Origin: Bacteroidota bacterium
GTDB taxonomy: Bacteria > Bacteroidota > Bacteroidia > Bacteroidales > VadinHA17
Assembly (NCBI GenBank): GCA_030706785.1
Contig: JAUZNW010000002.1
Coordinates: 1 to 57,716, forward strand
Direction: 5' to 3'
DNA length: 57,716 nucleotides
The stretch's first letter is position 1; the number at the start of each line of letters is the position of its first letter. Shown here in pieces: positions 19,735 to 29,201 of the stretch. The position numbers and the translations under genes are program-made. Under the pieces are notes generated by a model, which saw nothing but the letters and a program-made list of their open reading frames with translations, searched no databases and had not been told where the DNA came from.

Positions 19735-22700
19735 TCAATACCTTTTTAATATTATGAATCCGCTCTTCTTGAAGACAGCACCGTTCCCCTTTGATGTTAA
19801 CTTCAGCAGATAGTAATAAGTTCCTTCGGGGAGGTCGGCACCTTTGGCGTTCCTGCCATCCCATTCGGTCCATTGGTGCCCGCTCCTGTTGGAAGTCGAG
19901 AAAACTTCAGTTCCTGCGCTGTTTATTATTGTCAGCTCCGCATTCTGGTTCGGCAGGTCAAGCCCGCTTATTATGAAAGTATTGTTATAGCCGTCAGGAT
20001 CATTGTTGGGCGAGAAGCCTTCGGGGATCACAAGATCCAACACTGTTACGTCAACCTGATCCTGGAGCTTGCAGGCACCATGAGTGACCGTCCACAGATA
20101 CCTGTTCAATCCTTTCGACAAGCCTGAGACTTTTGTTCTGTAATCAGTGTCTTTATCAAAGATCCCTGTCCCTTCAAGTACGGTCCATTTCCCGGCACCT
20201 CCTGAAATGGGTGGATCGGCGACCATCTGCACAATATAATCGAAAGAGTAAAGGATTGTATCCGGCCCCGCATTGATCGTTGAGCCTGGTGGCAGGGAAT
20301 CGAGAACAAGCTCAACAGCATTAGAGATGCTTGTGCAGCAATCATTAGACCCTGATTTAACCGCCCTTCGGTATTGCATGGTCCTTGTCATCACAGGAGG
20401 CTGATATGTCCCGTTCGACAGGTTGTTGGTACCGGCTGCAGGATTCCATGCAATTCCGTCCCTGCTCTGCTCCCAGTAGAACGAATATGTGCCTGAACCA
20501 CCAGTGAGTGAAGCTCCTGAAGCCTGCCCGAGAATGGCAGGTGTATTTGATTTACAGACGGCCTGATCTGCGGAAATATTATTATTTGTTATTAAAGGGA
20601 GCACCGTAATTTTGACAGGAATGCTTTCCGACGAGCATTGTCCGGAAATTGCCCTTCTCCTGAAGTAAGTTGTCGATGTAAGAGCTGGTGGCTGGTAATT
20701 CAGTCCTGTAGCTGAGGTTGTTATATCCGACCAGGTTACATTATCTGATGAGGACGACCACTGATAGGCATAATCGCCCGGAATATTCGTACCGCCTGTT
20801 GCCGGGGTTCCCTTAAACGGGTGAGGAACTGCTCCACTGCATATTGTGGTATCGGCCGGCCCTCCTGAAAGGAGTGACACGGCATTGCTAGCGATAGGTT
20901 TGTGAACCCTGATGATCACCGATTTGCTTATGTCCAAACAGGCTGAGGAGAGGGCAATCCTTCTGTACCGTGTAGTGTCGGTAAGGGCAGGCGGCTGGAA
21001 ATTCTGGTTTGTCACGCCGACAAATCCGGAAATATTGGCCCATATGTGAGATCTTGTGCTGTCCTGCCATGTATATGTATACGACCCTGCACCTTTCCCG
21101 TTCAATGGCACTGAACCTGCCAGCTGCACGGGAGTGGCACCTGAACATATAGTCTGGTCTCCGGAAACTAACTGATTGTTTGTTATGACCGGATAGGCAT
21201 TCAGCAGAACAGAAGCACTTGCATCCATGCAGACATTGTTGCTTCCCGATAAGACGACTCTCCTGAAATATTGATGACCGGGGAAATAGGCAGCCGATTC
21301 AGACGGATCGTAACCTGTCCCGGAGCTGGATCCGGTGGCTGTCGCCCATGTCGTTCCGTCATTGCTGCTTTCCCACCTGTACCTGTATGCATTATCGCCT
21401 CCCGAAAGAGCGGGTGAGATTGTAGCAGAGAGATTGGTGAATGTCATACCCTGACAAATCTCTTCCGGACTGCTCAGTATTGTGTTATTGCTGATCACCG
21501 GCAGTACATTTATTCTTACTGAAGGACTTACATCAATGCAGGCACCTGAATTGACTATTCTCCTGTACCATGTTGTCTGTGTAAGCCCTGCCGGCGGGAG
21601 ATAAGACTCTGTTGAATTCGACGCATCTGAAAAGGTCACGTTGTCAGTGCTTGATTCCCAGGTAAATGAGTATCTACCGTTGCCGTCCAGGAGTGTAAGA
21701 AGGGAATTGAGTGCAGAGGCGTTCTGCCCGTAACACAATGTATCAGGATTCCCGATTGAATTGTTTTTGATGCTCTGGTGGACAATTATCCTCACCGGCA
21801 GACTTATGTCAGTAATGGTTGCGCCATTATCGGTAACCACCCTTCTGAACCAGGTGGACTGGGAAAGCAAGGCCGGCGGTGTATAGTGCTGCAGATTGCT
21901 AACACCGGGAGCAGTTGTGAATCCTGTAGTAGATGATGTCGTACTGCTCTGCCATTCAAATGTATAGGGTGGTGTTCCGCCGACAGGGTTTGTTCCGGTA
22001 ATCTGCCCGTACATTGTATTTGAACACACTGAATCGACCTTGTTCCCGGTTGCAGCGGCACGGATTGAATTGAACAGGAACCCGTTGAGCCTGGGTACAA
22101 AATTGTATTTTATTTCGCCGGTACCTTCTGAAGGAGTTGTCGGAGGGACAGTTCCATAAGAAACAGTCGCGCCTGAAACAGGTGAAGGTGTTGTTGAAGA
22201 ACTGAACCAGATAAGGCCGCCTCCACCACCACCGCCGGCGCCAAAACCTCCCGGATTTGTTCCGCCATTTCCACCGTTTGAGGATATCTGAACCTGTGTT
22301 GTAAATCCCTGGAATGAAAGTGCTACTGATCCGCCGGCACCTCCGCCTCCTGAACCTGCATCGGAAACTGCATTGCCGGCGCTGATGCCGTTGGACCTTA
22401 TTACATGACTATTTGCGTCAATAGAATCAGCAATAATGATTACTATTCCTCCACCATTTCCTCCGGATGATGCAGTGGAACCTGCTGCCTGAGTGGATGC
22501 GCCGCCGCCACCGCCAAGAAATATCCCGTTCTGAATACTCGTGGCTATGAAATTCACTCCGCCATACCCGCCTTCATGGGGATCATTACCGCACTGGCCC
22601 AGGACGAATTTTTCAAGACCGCCATCACCGCCTTTCCCGCGGTTAGATCCTCCGCCACCGCCCGAAAACCATCCATTACCTCCTCCGCCTCCGGTAAAAT

Positions 22701-23427
22701 TGTTCCCCTGGCCTTTTACATGATTGGGGCTTAACAATGTGCCTGTATAATCATGAATAGCGACGCCTTCTCCTTTGAATCCGGCATTGTTCCACGATGA
22801 GGGATATGAATCGAGTCCGTCTGCAGGAATGTTTGTATAAACGCATTCACCTATTCCAAAGACTCCAGCAGCACCGGCAAATCCTTTACCGGTCACATCT
22901 ATATCTGCATTAAGCGTAAGCTTCCGCCCGATAAGCATTGCCAGAACTCCTCCCGTACCTGAAGTGCTGTTCCAGGTATCACTTGTAAGCGTACTCGTGA
23001 CAGTCGGGGAATCGTAGAACGGGACCTGAACAAGCTGGACATTTGCTGTTACATCATAGCTCAACACCAGATTCCTGGTGAATGTAACTGTACCATTGCC
23101 ATAATTTACTGACTGAATAATAAGTAGTTCGTATCCTCCCGGAGTTCCGAAAACCGTCTGGATCGTCTTCCCGTAAAAACCCTGGTCTGTCAGGATCCCG
23201 ACTCCCTGCATCTGGATCAGCAGAACATAATCTCCGGCATTGAACTGGGCAACCTGTCCGAGATTGCCGATAACAACAAAACCGGCACCGACAGAAGTAA
23301 CCTTTCCATATTTGTTTATGACGCCGTTGATAAGCTCCTGTCCAAAAATAATACTGCTGCTAAAAATCCAGAGCAGCAATATTGTTAATGGTACAAAAGG
23401 TCTGCGGGACGATCTGGTTATCATCAA
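19735..23427 (-). CDS. Large T9SS cargo/adhesin-like surface protein with a type-B (gliding-motility-associated) C-terminal sorting domain (1230 aa)
   Basis: Signal peptide, a Gly-rich block, seven repeats of ~85-95 aa, and the C-terminus VIPEGFSPNNDPDGYNNTFIISGL...WDGRNAKGADLPEGTYYYLLKL...GFIILKRY, which matches the type-B T9SS CTD pattern. Confidence 0.85.
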   Translation of the reverse strand: MMITRSSRRPFVPLTILLLWIFSSSIIFGQELINGVINKYGKVTSVGAGFVVIGNLGQVAQFNAGDYVLLIQMQGVGILTDQGFYGKTIQTVFGTPGGYELLIIQSVNYGNGTVTFTRNLVLSYDVTANVQLVQVPFYDSPTVTSTLTSDTWNSTSGTGGVLAMLIGRKLTLNADIDVTGKGFAGAAGVFGIGECVYTNIPADGLDSYPSSWNNAGFKGEGVAIHDYTGTLLSPNHVKGQGNNFTGGGGGNGWFSGGGGGSNRGKGGDGGLEKFVLGQCGNDPHEGGYGGVNFIATSIQNGIFLGGGGGASTQAAGSTASSGGNGGGIVIIIADSIDANSHVIRSNGISAGNAVSDAGSGGGGAGGSVALSFQGFTTQVQISSNGGNGGTNPGGFGAGGGGGGGLIWFSSSTTPSPVSGATVSYGTVPPTTPSEGTGEIKYNFVPRLNGFLFNSIRAAATGNKVDSVCSNTMYGQITGTNPVGGTPPYTFEWQSSTTSSTTGFTTAPGVSNLQHYTPPALLSQSTWFRRVVTDNGATITDISLPVRIIVHQSIKNNSIGNPDTLCYGQNASALNSLLTLLDGNGRYSFTWESSTDNVTFSDASNSTESYLPPAGLTQTTWYRRIVNSGACIDVSPSVRINVLPVISNNTILSSPEEICQGMTFTNLSATISPALSGGDNAYRYRWESSNDGTTWATATGSSSGTGYDPSESAAYFPGHQYFRRVVLSGSNNVCMDASASVLLNAYPVITNNQLVSGDQTICSGATPVQLAGSVPLNGKGAGSYTYTWQDSTRSHIWANISGFVGVTNQNFQPPALTDTTRYRRIALSSACLDISKSVIIRVHKPIASNAVSLLSGGPADTTICSGAVPHPFKGTPATGGTNIPGDYAYQWSSSSDNVTWSDITTSATGLNYQPPALTSTTYFRRRAISGQCSSESIPVKITVLPLITNNNISADQAVCKSNTPAILGQASGASLTGGSGTYSFYWEQSRDGIAWNPAAGTNNLSNGTYQPPVMTRTMQYRRAVKSGSNDCCTSISNAVELVLDSLPPGSTINAGPDTILYSFDYIVQMVADPPISGGAGKWTVLEGTGIFDKDTDYRTKVSGLSKGLNRYLWTVTHGACKLQDQVDVTVLDLVIPEGFSPNNDPDGYNNTFIISGLDLPNQNAELTIINSAGTEVFSTSNRSGHQWTEWDGRNAKGADLPEGTYYYLLKLTSKGNGAVFKKSGFIILKRY

Positions 23428-23472
23428 TCTACGGCTATTTAACTAAAATAACGCTAAAATTGCCAATTAATT

Positions 23473-23498
23473 GAAAAAGCCTGTTAAAATATTAACAG
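23473..23498 (-). terminator. Weak candidate terminator between the histidine kinase and the adhesin operon
   Basis: Palindrome CTGTTAA-AATA-TTAACAG. On the minus strand GCTTTTTC follows it. The stem is AT-rich, so support is modest. Confidence 0.35.
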
Positions 23499-23509
23499 TT
23501 ATCGACAGG

Positions 23510-26500
23510 TTATTGACCGACCTGATCTCCTCCGGCGCTTAAAAGAGGAAATTCAATGTAGAACACTGAGCCTTTGTCGATCTCCGATTCAAACCATATT
23601 CTGCCGGAAGCATTTTCGACATACCTTTTCACTATTGAGAGCCCCAGTCCGGCTCCGGATGATTTAGTAGTGAAATTCGGAGTGAACATCTTCTTCTTCA
23701 GAGGATCCGGAATGCCAGTCCCGTTATCGGCAACAGAAACGATCACTTTATCCCCTCCTGTTTCTACATTCACCCTTATAATGCCTTCCTTCCCTGGCGG
23801 TATTGACTGAATGCCGTTCTTAATGAGGTTTGAGAAAATCCCGTTTATCTGTTCCCTGTCGGCATAGATATATACCCTCCCCATATGTGGCCATCCGATC
23901 CTGAAGGTTATGTTGTCGGTGTTCTTGAACAGCTCAAGCGTGGTCTTGATCTGCCCGGTGAGGTCCACCGTTACCGGTTTTGTTTCCGGCACCTTCGCAA
24001 ACGATGAAAAAGCAGAAGCAATGGAGGACAAATTATCAATGTATTCTATCTGGTTCTTTGTGAATCTTTCAAGCTTCTTTTCAAAACCCGGAACTCCGTC
24101 GGTCCAGGATTTAAGAAGCTGCTGGACATTCAGCTTCATCGGAGTCAGCGGATTTTTGATCTCATGCGCAACCTGCTTTGCCATCTCCCTCCATGCATAC
24201 TCACGTTCTGAATTCGCCAGCTTCCTTGCACTTTCATCAAGCTCATCCACCATCCGGTTATATTGGGTAACCAGTTCCCCTACCTCGTCTGTACCCTTAT
24301 ATGACAGATGTTCACTCTTCCTGCCCAGCATAACCGATGCGAGCCTGCTGCTGAGCAGCGCCAGAGGAGCCGTAAGCCTGCTGCTTATGAAAACGGCAAG
24401 GCCCATTGCGAGGACGATCAGGAGCAGTGTGAAATTAATAACAGTAACTATCATGTTTGAAATCTCTCTGGCCAGGACGCTTTGCATCCTGAAATAAGGC
24501 AGATTCAGGTAAGTAAGAAGCTCATTGTCAATATTGTAAAACGGCAGGTAGCCTGAAATATATTCGAGTTTACCGACCATCTCTTTCTGAATATATTCGC
24601 TTTTCTTAAGATTGTCCAGGTTGATGAATGCTATTTCATTTATCCTGCGGCTGGAAAGATTCCTGAAGAATATCTCAGGCCGGGATGTGGCGATCATGAA
24701 ACCTGTCCTGTCGTAAAGATTGATGTCGGTATTGAAGATATTTGAAAGCTTTACCAGGAACTCGCTCAGGGAACCGTAATTACTGTTTTTCCAGCCGGGA
24801 CTGAGGACCTTCTCCATAGAAAGGTTGCTTTCGAGCTCCATATAAACGGAATTCAGTTTTTCCTTCAGGTTGTCATAATGGTTCCTCTGATACTGCCTTA
24901 TGGAAAGAGAACCTATAACAAATCCTATAAGAGTGAATGAAAAGAGTAGTATGCTTATGAAGGACAGCTGCATTTTCTGGCGGAAATTAAGTCCCCTGAG
25001 GGACTTTAAAACCGGCCTTTTTGCTAGCAAGTTTGCGAAATGTGAAAAAATGAGAATAAAGGCAAACAGGTAAGCAAATGAGACTACAAGGTCCCTGATT
25101 GTAATTGCAGGACGGCTGATAAGGACCGTTGTATTCCCGTTACGGTACAGGACATGCTTCCACGAATCAGCTCTGAATAACCTGTAATCGTTTACATTCT
25201 TAACGTATTCAGCATCAATCCTGTCATATGGAAACTCCCCGGTCCTGAGGGCTATTTCCCCGTTTATATATTTGGCAAAGGAATAATCCTTAAGCCTCGC
25301 ATAGCTGTAATATTTCTTGTCAAGCAGAAGTTCGGAGTACCCGGGCTGGAATACATTTATGTCATTGTAAAGGTCGATATAGAGTCCGTTTATCCTCCTG
25401 CCGCTGTATTTAAAAAATATGGTTCCCAGGTAATTCGACCTTCCCTGGTTATTGTCGACAAAATAAAAATCTGTCCCTGTCAGCCGGTGGCCGTACAACT
25501 GTATCTTGCGGTTGAAGAAATTAAAGCAATCCTCATAGATAGTGTAGGGTTCCCCAACACGCAGCGAATCATTCTTCCTGCAAATGACAATATTAAGGGT
25601 GTAATTTGCCCAGTAGCCGTTGAAATATCTGTCAAGAAGATAATCGGATATACTGTCGAAATCTTCTTTATCAAAGGTCCGCATATCCATCATATCACTT
25701 AACAGGGAATCGCCGGTTATTTTCGGCCACATATCAAGAAGCAGATGCTCAGCAGTCGGATCATTTTCTGTTGAATAGCTGACCAGCTGGATCTTTGTTT
25801 TCTCATCGGTTTTTTTCTCAGAAAGGAAAATTATCAGGAACAAAGAATAAAGCCCGCCGATTAACGCATAGATCACTGTTTTATTAAAAACGCCGGTATT
25901 TTCCCTGTCCGAAAGCCATATTGCAATAAGTATCAACAGGTAGAAAAGGGACAATACAATCAGCATCCCGTGATCATGGTACAGGAAACCGGCAAAAACC
26001 AGCAGTGTGGTAAGTGCCGCAAAAATAATGTTGCGTGGGGTGGGAGCAGTGAGGTTCCTGAAAACTTTAAGAATATAAAGGAATGGAACGCAGAATAATA
26101 AGGCAGCAGAAATGAATCCTACCAGGCTGAAAAAATCGAGATCGAGTACCTTGAATGTTTCAAAGTTTGTGTTTGCATTGAATATAAGATGACTGAAAAT
26201 AAGGTGATACAAAAGGAAAAGGAATGCTCCCGGAAGCAGCAAAAGTGTCAGCAGAGGATATCCAGGTTTTTGAATGCTCCTGAGTTTTTTATTTTCCGGG
26301 ATGTATCTGTATATGATGTAGGCAAATGCCGAAAGAAGGACGCTGAGCATAGCCAGGTGCCCGAGCGACGGAATGAAGGCATTCATTGTATACCTGTAGG
26401 GCGTGAACAGGTCGGTCTTGAAAAGTATTGAAGGTTTACCGGTCACCAATACTGTTAAATAGACAATCGAGAAAATAATAAATGAAACGATTAGGGCTGC

Positions 26501-27214
26501 AATGTGCCTGTTCCTGTCCGTAAGGTATTTTACCAGGGACAAAGTCAGGGACAGTAGAAGCAGGAAAGAAACTCCCCATAATATTAATGGTATGGAAATC
26601 AGGGGAGTCTTCTCTTTCACTGCCGGGAAAACAAGTGAAAAGAGATAGTTGCCGCTGTCATCATAGATGGAGTAAGGCGATGACTTTCTGTCCCTGCTGA
26701 AACCGACTCCGGGAGGGATTCTGAATTCATCTTCAAAACCGTTCCTGATTATATTGTTCTCGAAGCCGTAGTCACTCCTTATCCTTAAAAGAGTTACGAT
26801 TTTTTCATTCCCCGCTTTTATAGAGTTTGTCAGGAACCAGCCATTCTGCATGAAAATCAATGGCTGCGAAAAGGTAGTGTCCGTAAGCCTTCTCGGAACA
26901 TCAAATTCAGTATCCGACCAGAAGGCAAGCCTGTTATCAAAATATTCGAGGATTGTGATGCCGTTCCCCGCAGCAAGTGTGAAAAGGGCATTCTCCGAGG
27001 CTGATCCGTGAGGCTCTCCTTTCGCCAGAATAGGGAGCATTCCGTTAAGGCACTCCTTCATTACAGCCTGCCTCTCCTTGATTATTCTGTTAAACCTGCC
27101 TGTCCTGTACCGGTATTCAAAGTCGCCAAGATAAAGCCATTCAGCTGCGATCGAGACAATTATAGCTGCTACTGCGAGAATAACCGGGAGAAAGCTGAAG
27201 GTTCCTTTTTTCAT
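23510..27214 (-). CDS. Polytopic sensor histidine kinase, NtrY-like core (1234 aa)
   Basis: The ~1000-aa N-terminus has at least ten hydrophobic segments and two large loop domains. A HAMP-like linker follows, then the H-box AHEIKNPLTPM (His codon at 24164-24166) and the HATPase_c N/G boxes (NLIKNGIQS, DNGTGIP, GAGLGLSIV). Confidence 0.85.
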   Translation of the reverse strand: MKKGTFSFLPVILAVAAIIVSIAAEWLYLGDFEYRYRTGRFNRIIKERQAVMKECLNGMLPILAKGEPHGSASENALFTLAAGNGITILEYFDNRLAFWSDTEFDVPRRLTDTTFSQPLIFMQNGWFLTNSIKAGNEKIVTLLRIRSDYGFENNIIRNGFEDEFRIPPGVGFSRDRKSSPYSIYDDSGNYLFSLVFPAVKEKTPLISIPLILWGVSFLLLLSLTLSLVKYLTDRNRHIAALIVSFIIFSIVYLTVLVTGKPSILFKTDLFTPYRYTMNAFIPSLGHLAMLSVLLSAFAYIIYRYIPENKKLRSIQKPGYPLLTLLLLPGAFLFLLYHLIFSHLIFNANTNFETFKVLDLDFFSLVGFISAALLFCVPFLYILKVFRNLTAPTPRNIIFAALTTLLVFAGFLYHDHGMLIVLSLFYLLILIAIWLSDRENTGVFNKTVIYALIGGLYSLFLIIFLSEKKTDEKTKIQLVSYSTENDPTAEHLLLDMWPKITGDSLLSDMMDMRTFDKEDFDSISDYLLDRYFNGYWANYTLNIVICRKNDSLRVGEPYTIYEDCFNFFNRKIQLYGHRLTGTDFYFVDNNQGRSNYLGTIFFKYSGRRINGLYIDLYNDINVFQPGYSELLLDKKYYSYARLKDYSFAKYINGEIALRTGEFPYDRIDAEYVKNVNDYRLFRADSWKHVLYRNGNTTVLISRPAITIRDLVVSFAYLFAFILIFSHFANLLAKRPVLKSLRGLNFRQKMQLSFISILLFSFTLIGFVIGSLSIRQYQRNHYDNLKEKLNSVYMELESNLSMEKVLSPGWKNSNYGSLSEFLVKLSNIFNTDINLYDRTGFMIATSRPEIFFRNLSSRRINEIAFINLDNLKKSEYIQKEMVGKLEYISGYLPFYNIDNELLTYLNLPYFRMQSVLAREISNMIVTVINFTLLLIVLAMGLAVFISSRLTAPLALLSSRLASVMLGRKSEHLSYKGTDEVGELVTQYNRMVDELDESARKLANSEREYAWREMAKQVAHEIKNPLTPMKLNVQQLLKSWTDGVPGFEKKLERFTKNQIEYIDNLSSIASAFSSFAKVPETKPVTVDLTGQIKTTLELFKNTDNITFRIGWPHMGRVYIYADREQINGIFSNLIKNGIQSIPPGKEGIIRVNVETGGDKVIVSVADNGTGIPDPLKKKMFTPNFTTKSSGAGLGLSIVKRYVENASGRIWFESEIDKGSVFYIEFPLLSAGGDQVGQ

Positions 27215-27231
27215 TTTTAAACAGGCAAAAG

Positions 27232-27705
27232 CTACTGATGATGATAGGGTTCACCTCTTATTACGGTAAATGCCCTGTAAAGCTGCTCAAGGAACAATAA
27301 TCGTACCATCTGGTGGGAAAATGTAAGGCGCGATAATGACAGACGCAAATCAGCCTTATTCAGCACCTCCTCTGCTATGCCCCATGCACCTCCGATCACA
27401 AATACAATCCTCTTTTTTTGTATTGCCATTGTTCTTTCCAGCCAGGAAGAAAATTCAAATGTTGAAAACTCTTTGCCTCTTTCATCCAGTATAACAAGGT
27501 AATCATCATTCTTCAGGAAGTTAATTATCTTCTCACCTTCCCTTAGCATCTGCACAGGCGTTGGTATATTGCGGGCGTTCCTTATATCCGGAAGTGTCAC
27601 GATCTCAAATCCCGAATACTTCCTTATGCGTGCTGAAAATTCATTTATCCCCTCTTCTATATATTTTGCCGATGTTTTTCCTATCTGCAACAAAACGATC
27701 TTCAT
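27232..27705 (-). CDS. rlmH: 23S rRNA (pseudouridine1915-N3)-methyltransferase RlmH (157 aa)
   Basis: SPOUT-fold length and motifs (DERGKEFST.EF...IVFVIGGAWG...LSLSRLTFSHQMVRLLFLEQLYRAF). Confidence 0.9.
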   Translation of the reverse strand: MKIVLLQIGKTSAKYIEEGINEFSARIRKYSGFEIVTLPDIRNARNIPTPVQMLREGEKIINFLKNDDYLVILDERGKEFSTFEFSSWLERTMAIQKKRIVFVIGGAWGIAEEVLNKADLRLSLSRLTFSHQMVRLLFLEQLYRAFTVIRGEPYHHQ

Positions 27706-27750
27706 AATAATTGGCCCGACTTTTGTTGAATATCACCAGCGGCCTGTCCA

Positions 27751-27758
27751 CAAAAATA
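27751..27758 (-). promoter_or_regulatory. Candidate -7 promoter box TAttTTTG for rlmH
   Basis: Plus strand reads CAAAAATA, about 45 nt upstream of the rlmH start. Confidence 0.3.
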
Positions 27759-27836
27759 GTAATTAATATAATGCACTGCCGCAAACATAATTGCACTGAT
27801 TGCTTGAATGGTTTATCTCTGTCAGATAAATTATTT

Positions 27837-27844
27837 TAAATTTG
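27837..27844 (+). promoter_or_regulatory. Candidate -7 promoter box TAaaTTTG for the small secreted protein/nadC pair
   Basis: TAnnTTTG match about 41 nt upstream of the ATG at 27886. Confidence 0.3.
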
Positions 27845-27885
27845 CAGTTGAATTAACCTGAAAGCTGAAAAAGATATAAAAAGAG

Positions 27886-28290
27886 ATGAAGTTCATTAGT
27901 TTACTTGCGGTTTCAGTTCTTTTGACCTGCTCTGTGGCTGTAAAGGCACAGGAACAGGTCAAGATACCGGCAGGGATTTCGACTGCCATCAAGGCAGGGA
28001 ATGCCTCTGAACTGACCAAATACATGAATTCGACAGTAGAGCTTCTTCTTCTTGACAAAGAAGATTTTTATAAAAAGAATGTAGCTGAAACAATTCTCAG
28101 GGATTTCTTCAATGAATACCGGACAAAAGACTTCATAATCCGTCACCAGGGCGCAAGGAATGACGCACAATATGCCATTGGCAACCTTGAAACTGAAAAG
28201 GGCAATTTCAGGGTTTATTTTCTTCTCAAGAAAGTCGGTGCAGAATTGCTTATCCATCAGATACGTATAGAGCCCGATAATGCAAAGTAG
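27886..28290 (+). CDS. Small secreted protein (134 aa), possibly DUF4783-like
   Basis: Signal peptide MKFISLLAVSVLLTCSVAVKA. It overlaps nadC by 11 nt. The family assignment rests only on my recollection that such a gene sits next to nadC and rlmH in Bacteroidota. Confidence 0.5.
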   Translation: MKFISLLAVSVLLTCSVAVKAQEQVKIPAGISTAIKAGNASELTKYMNSTVELLLLDKEDFYKKNVAETILRDFFNEYRTKDFIIRHQGARNDAQYAIGNLETEKGNFRVYFLLKKVGAELLIHQIRIEPDNAK

Positions 28291-29122
28291 GATTCTCAGG
28301 GAATTTATTTTAAAAGCCCTTCGGGAAGATATCGGTGACGGTGATCATTCCTCCCTGGCCTGTATCCCGGAAAAAGCATCAGGAAGAGCAAGGCTCCTTG
28401 TAAAGGAGGAAGGTATCCTGGCCGGCTGCAGGGTAGCAGGGGAAATTTTCGCAATTATAGACAAAGATCTCGAATTCAGGCAGTTTATTGATGACGGCAG
28501 GAAAATTCATCCTGGGGATGTTGTTTTTCATATTGTCGGGAGGAAACAGTCAATTCTTAAGTCCGAACGGCTTGTCCTTAATGTGATGCAGAGAATGAGC
28601 GGGATCGCCACCTCTACCGCGCAGTATGTCGAAAAAATCGAAGGCCTTAAAACAAGGATTCTCGACACCAGGAAAACCACGCCTGGAATGAGGTTCCTTG
28701 AAAAGGAGGCTGTAAGGATCGGAGGCGGCTTCAATCACAGGATGGGCTTGTTTGACATGATAATGCTGAAAGATAACCATATCGATTTTGCCGGGGGAAT
28801 TGAAAAGACCCTGAAAAAAACCAGGGAATACCTGGCAAAGACAAAAAAGAACCTGAAAGTAGAAATAGAGGCCAGAAATCTTGATGATGTCAGGAGAATA
28901 TTAGCTGCAGGAAGCGCTGACAGGATAATGCTTGATAATTTCTCTGTCAGTGAAACTCGGGAGGCAGTCAGGATCATAGGCGGAAGAGTTGAAACCGAAT
29001 CATCAGGGGGTATTACGCTCGGGACTGTACGGGCTTATGCCGAATGCGGGGTGGATTATGTTTCGGTGGGTGCTCTTACTCATCATATTAAAAGCCTTGA
29101 TATGAGTCTGAAGGCATTTTAA
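28280..29122 (+). CDS. nadC: Nicotinate-nucleotide pyrophosphorylase (quinolinate phosphoribosyltransferase), 280 aa
   Basis: ALREDIGDGDHSS N-terminal motif, TRKTTPG.R..EK.AV..GGG..HR.GL.D..M.KDNH core, and a C-terminal GG(I/V)T...GVDY(V/I)S.GALTH. Confidence 0.9.
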   Translation: MQSRILREFILKALREDIGDGDHSSLACIPEKASGRARLLVKEEGILAGCRVAGEIFAIIDKDLEFRQFIDDGRKIHPGDVVFHIVGRKQSILKSERLVLNVMQRMSGIATSTAQYVEKIEGLKTRILDTRKTTPGMRFLEKEAVRIGGGFNHRMGLFDMIMLKDNHIDFAGGIEKTLKKTREYLAKTKKNLKVEIEARNLDDVRRILAAGSADRIMLDNFSVSETREAVRIIGGRVETESSGGITLGTVRAYAECGVDYVSVGALTHHIKSLDMSLKAF

Positions 29123-29201
29123 TCCGGAGCTGAAATCATTTGTTATATTCATTCTGATAATGGATTAAGCCACAGCCTGGATGAATTATTATATTTGCGG
29201 A

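Noticed and set aside
13067-27214. Genomic island or horizontally acquired block carrying the T9SS operon and the giant kinase.
   Set aside because: No integrase, transposase, flanking tRNA or direct repeats are present, and I see no obvious compositional break against the neighbouring housekeeping genes. It appears to be resident chromosome.
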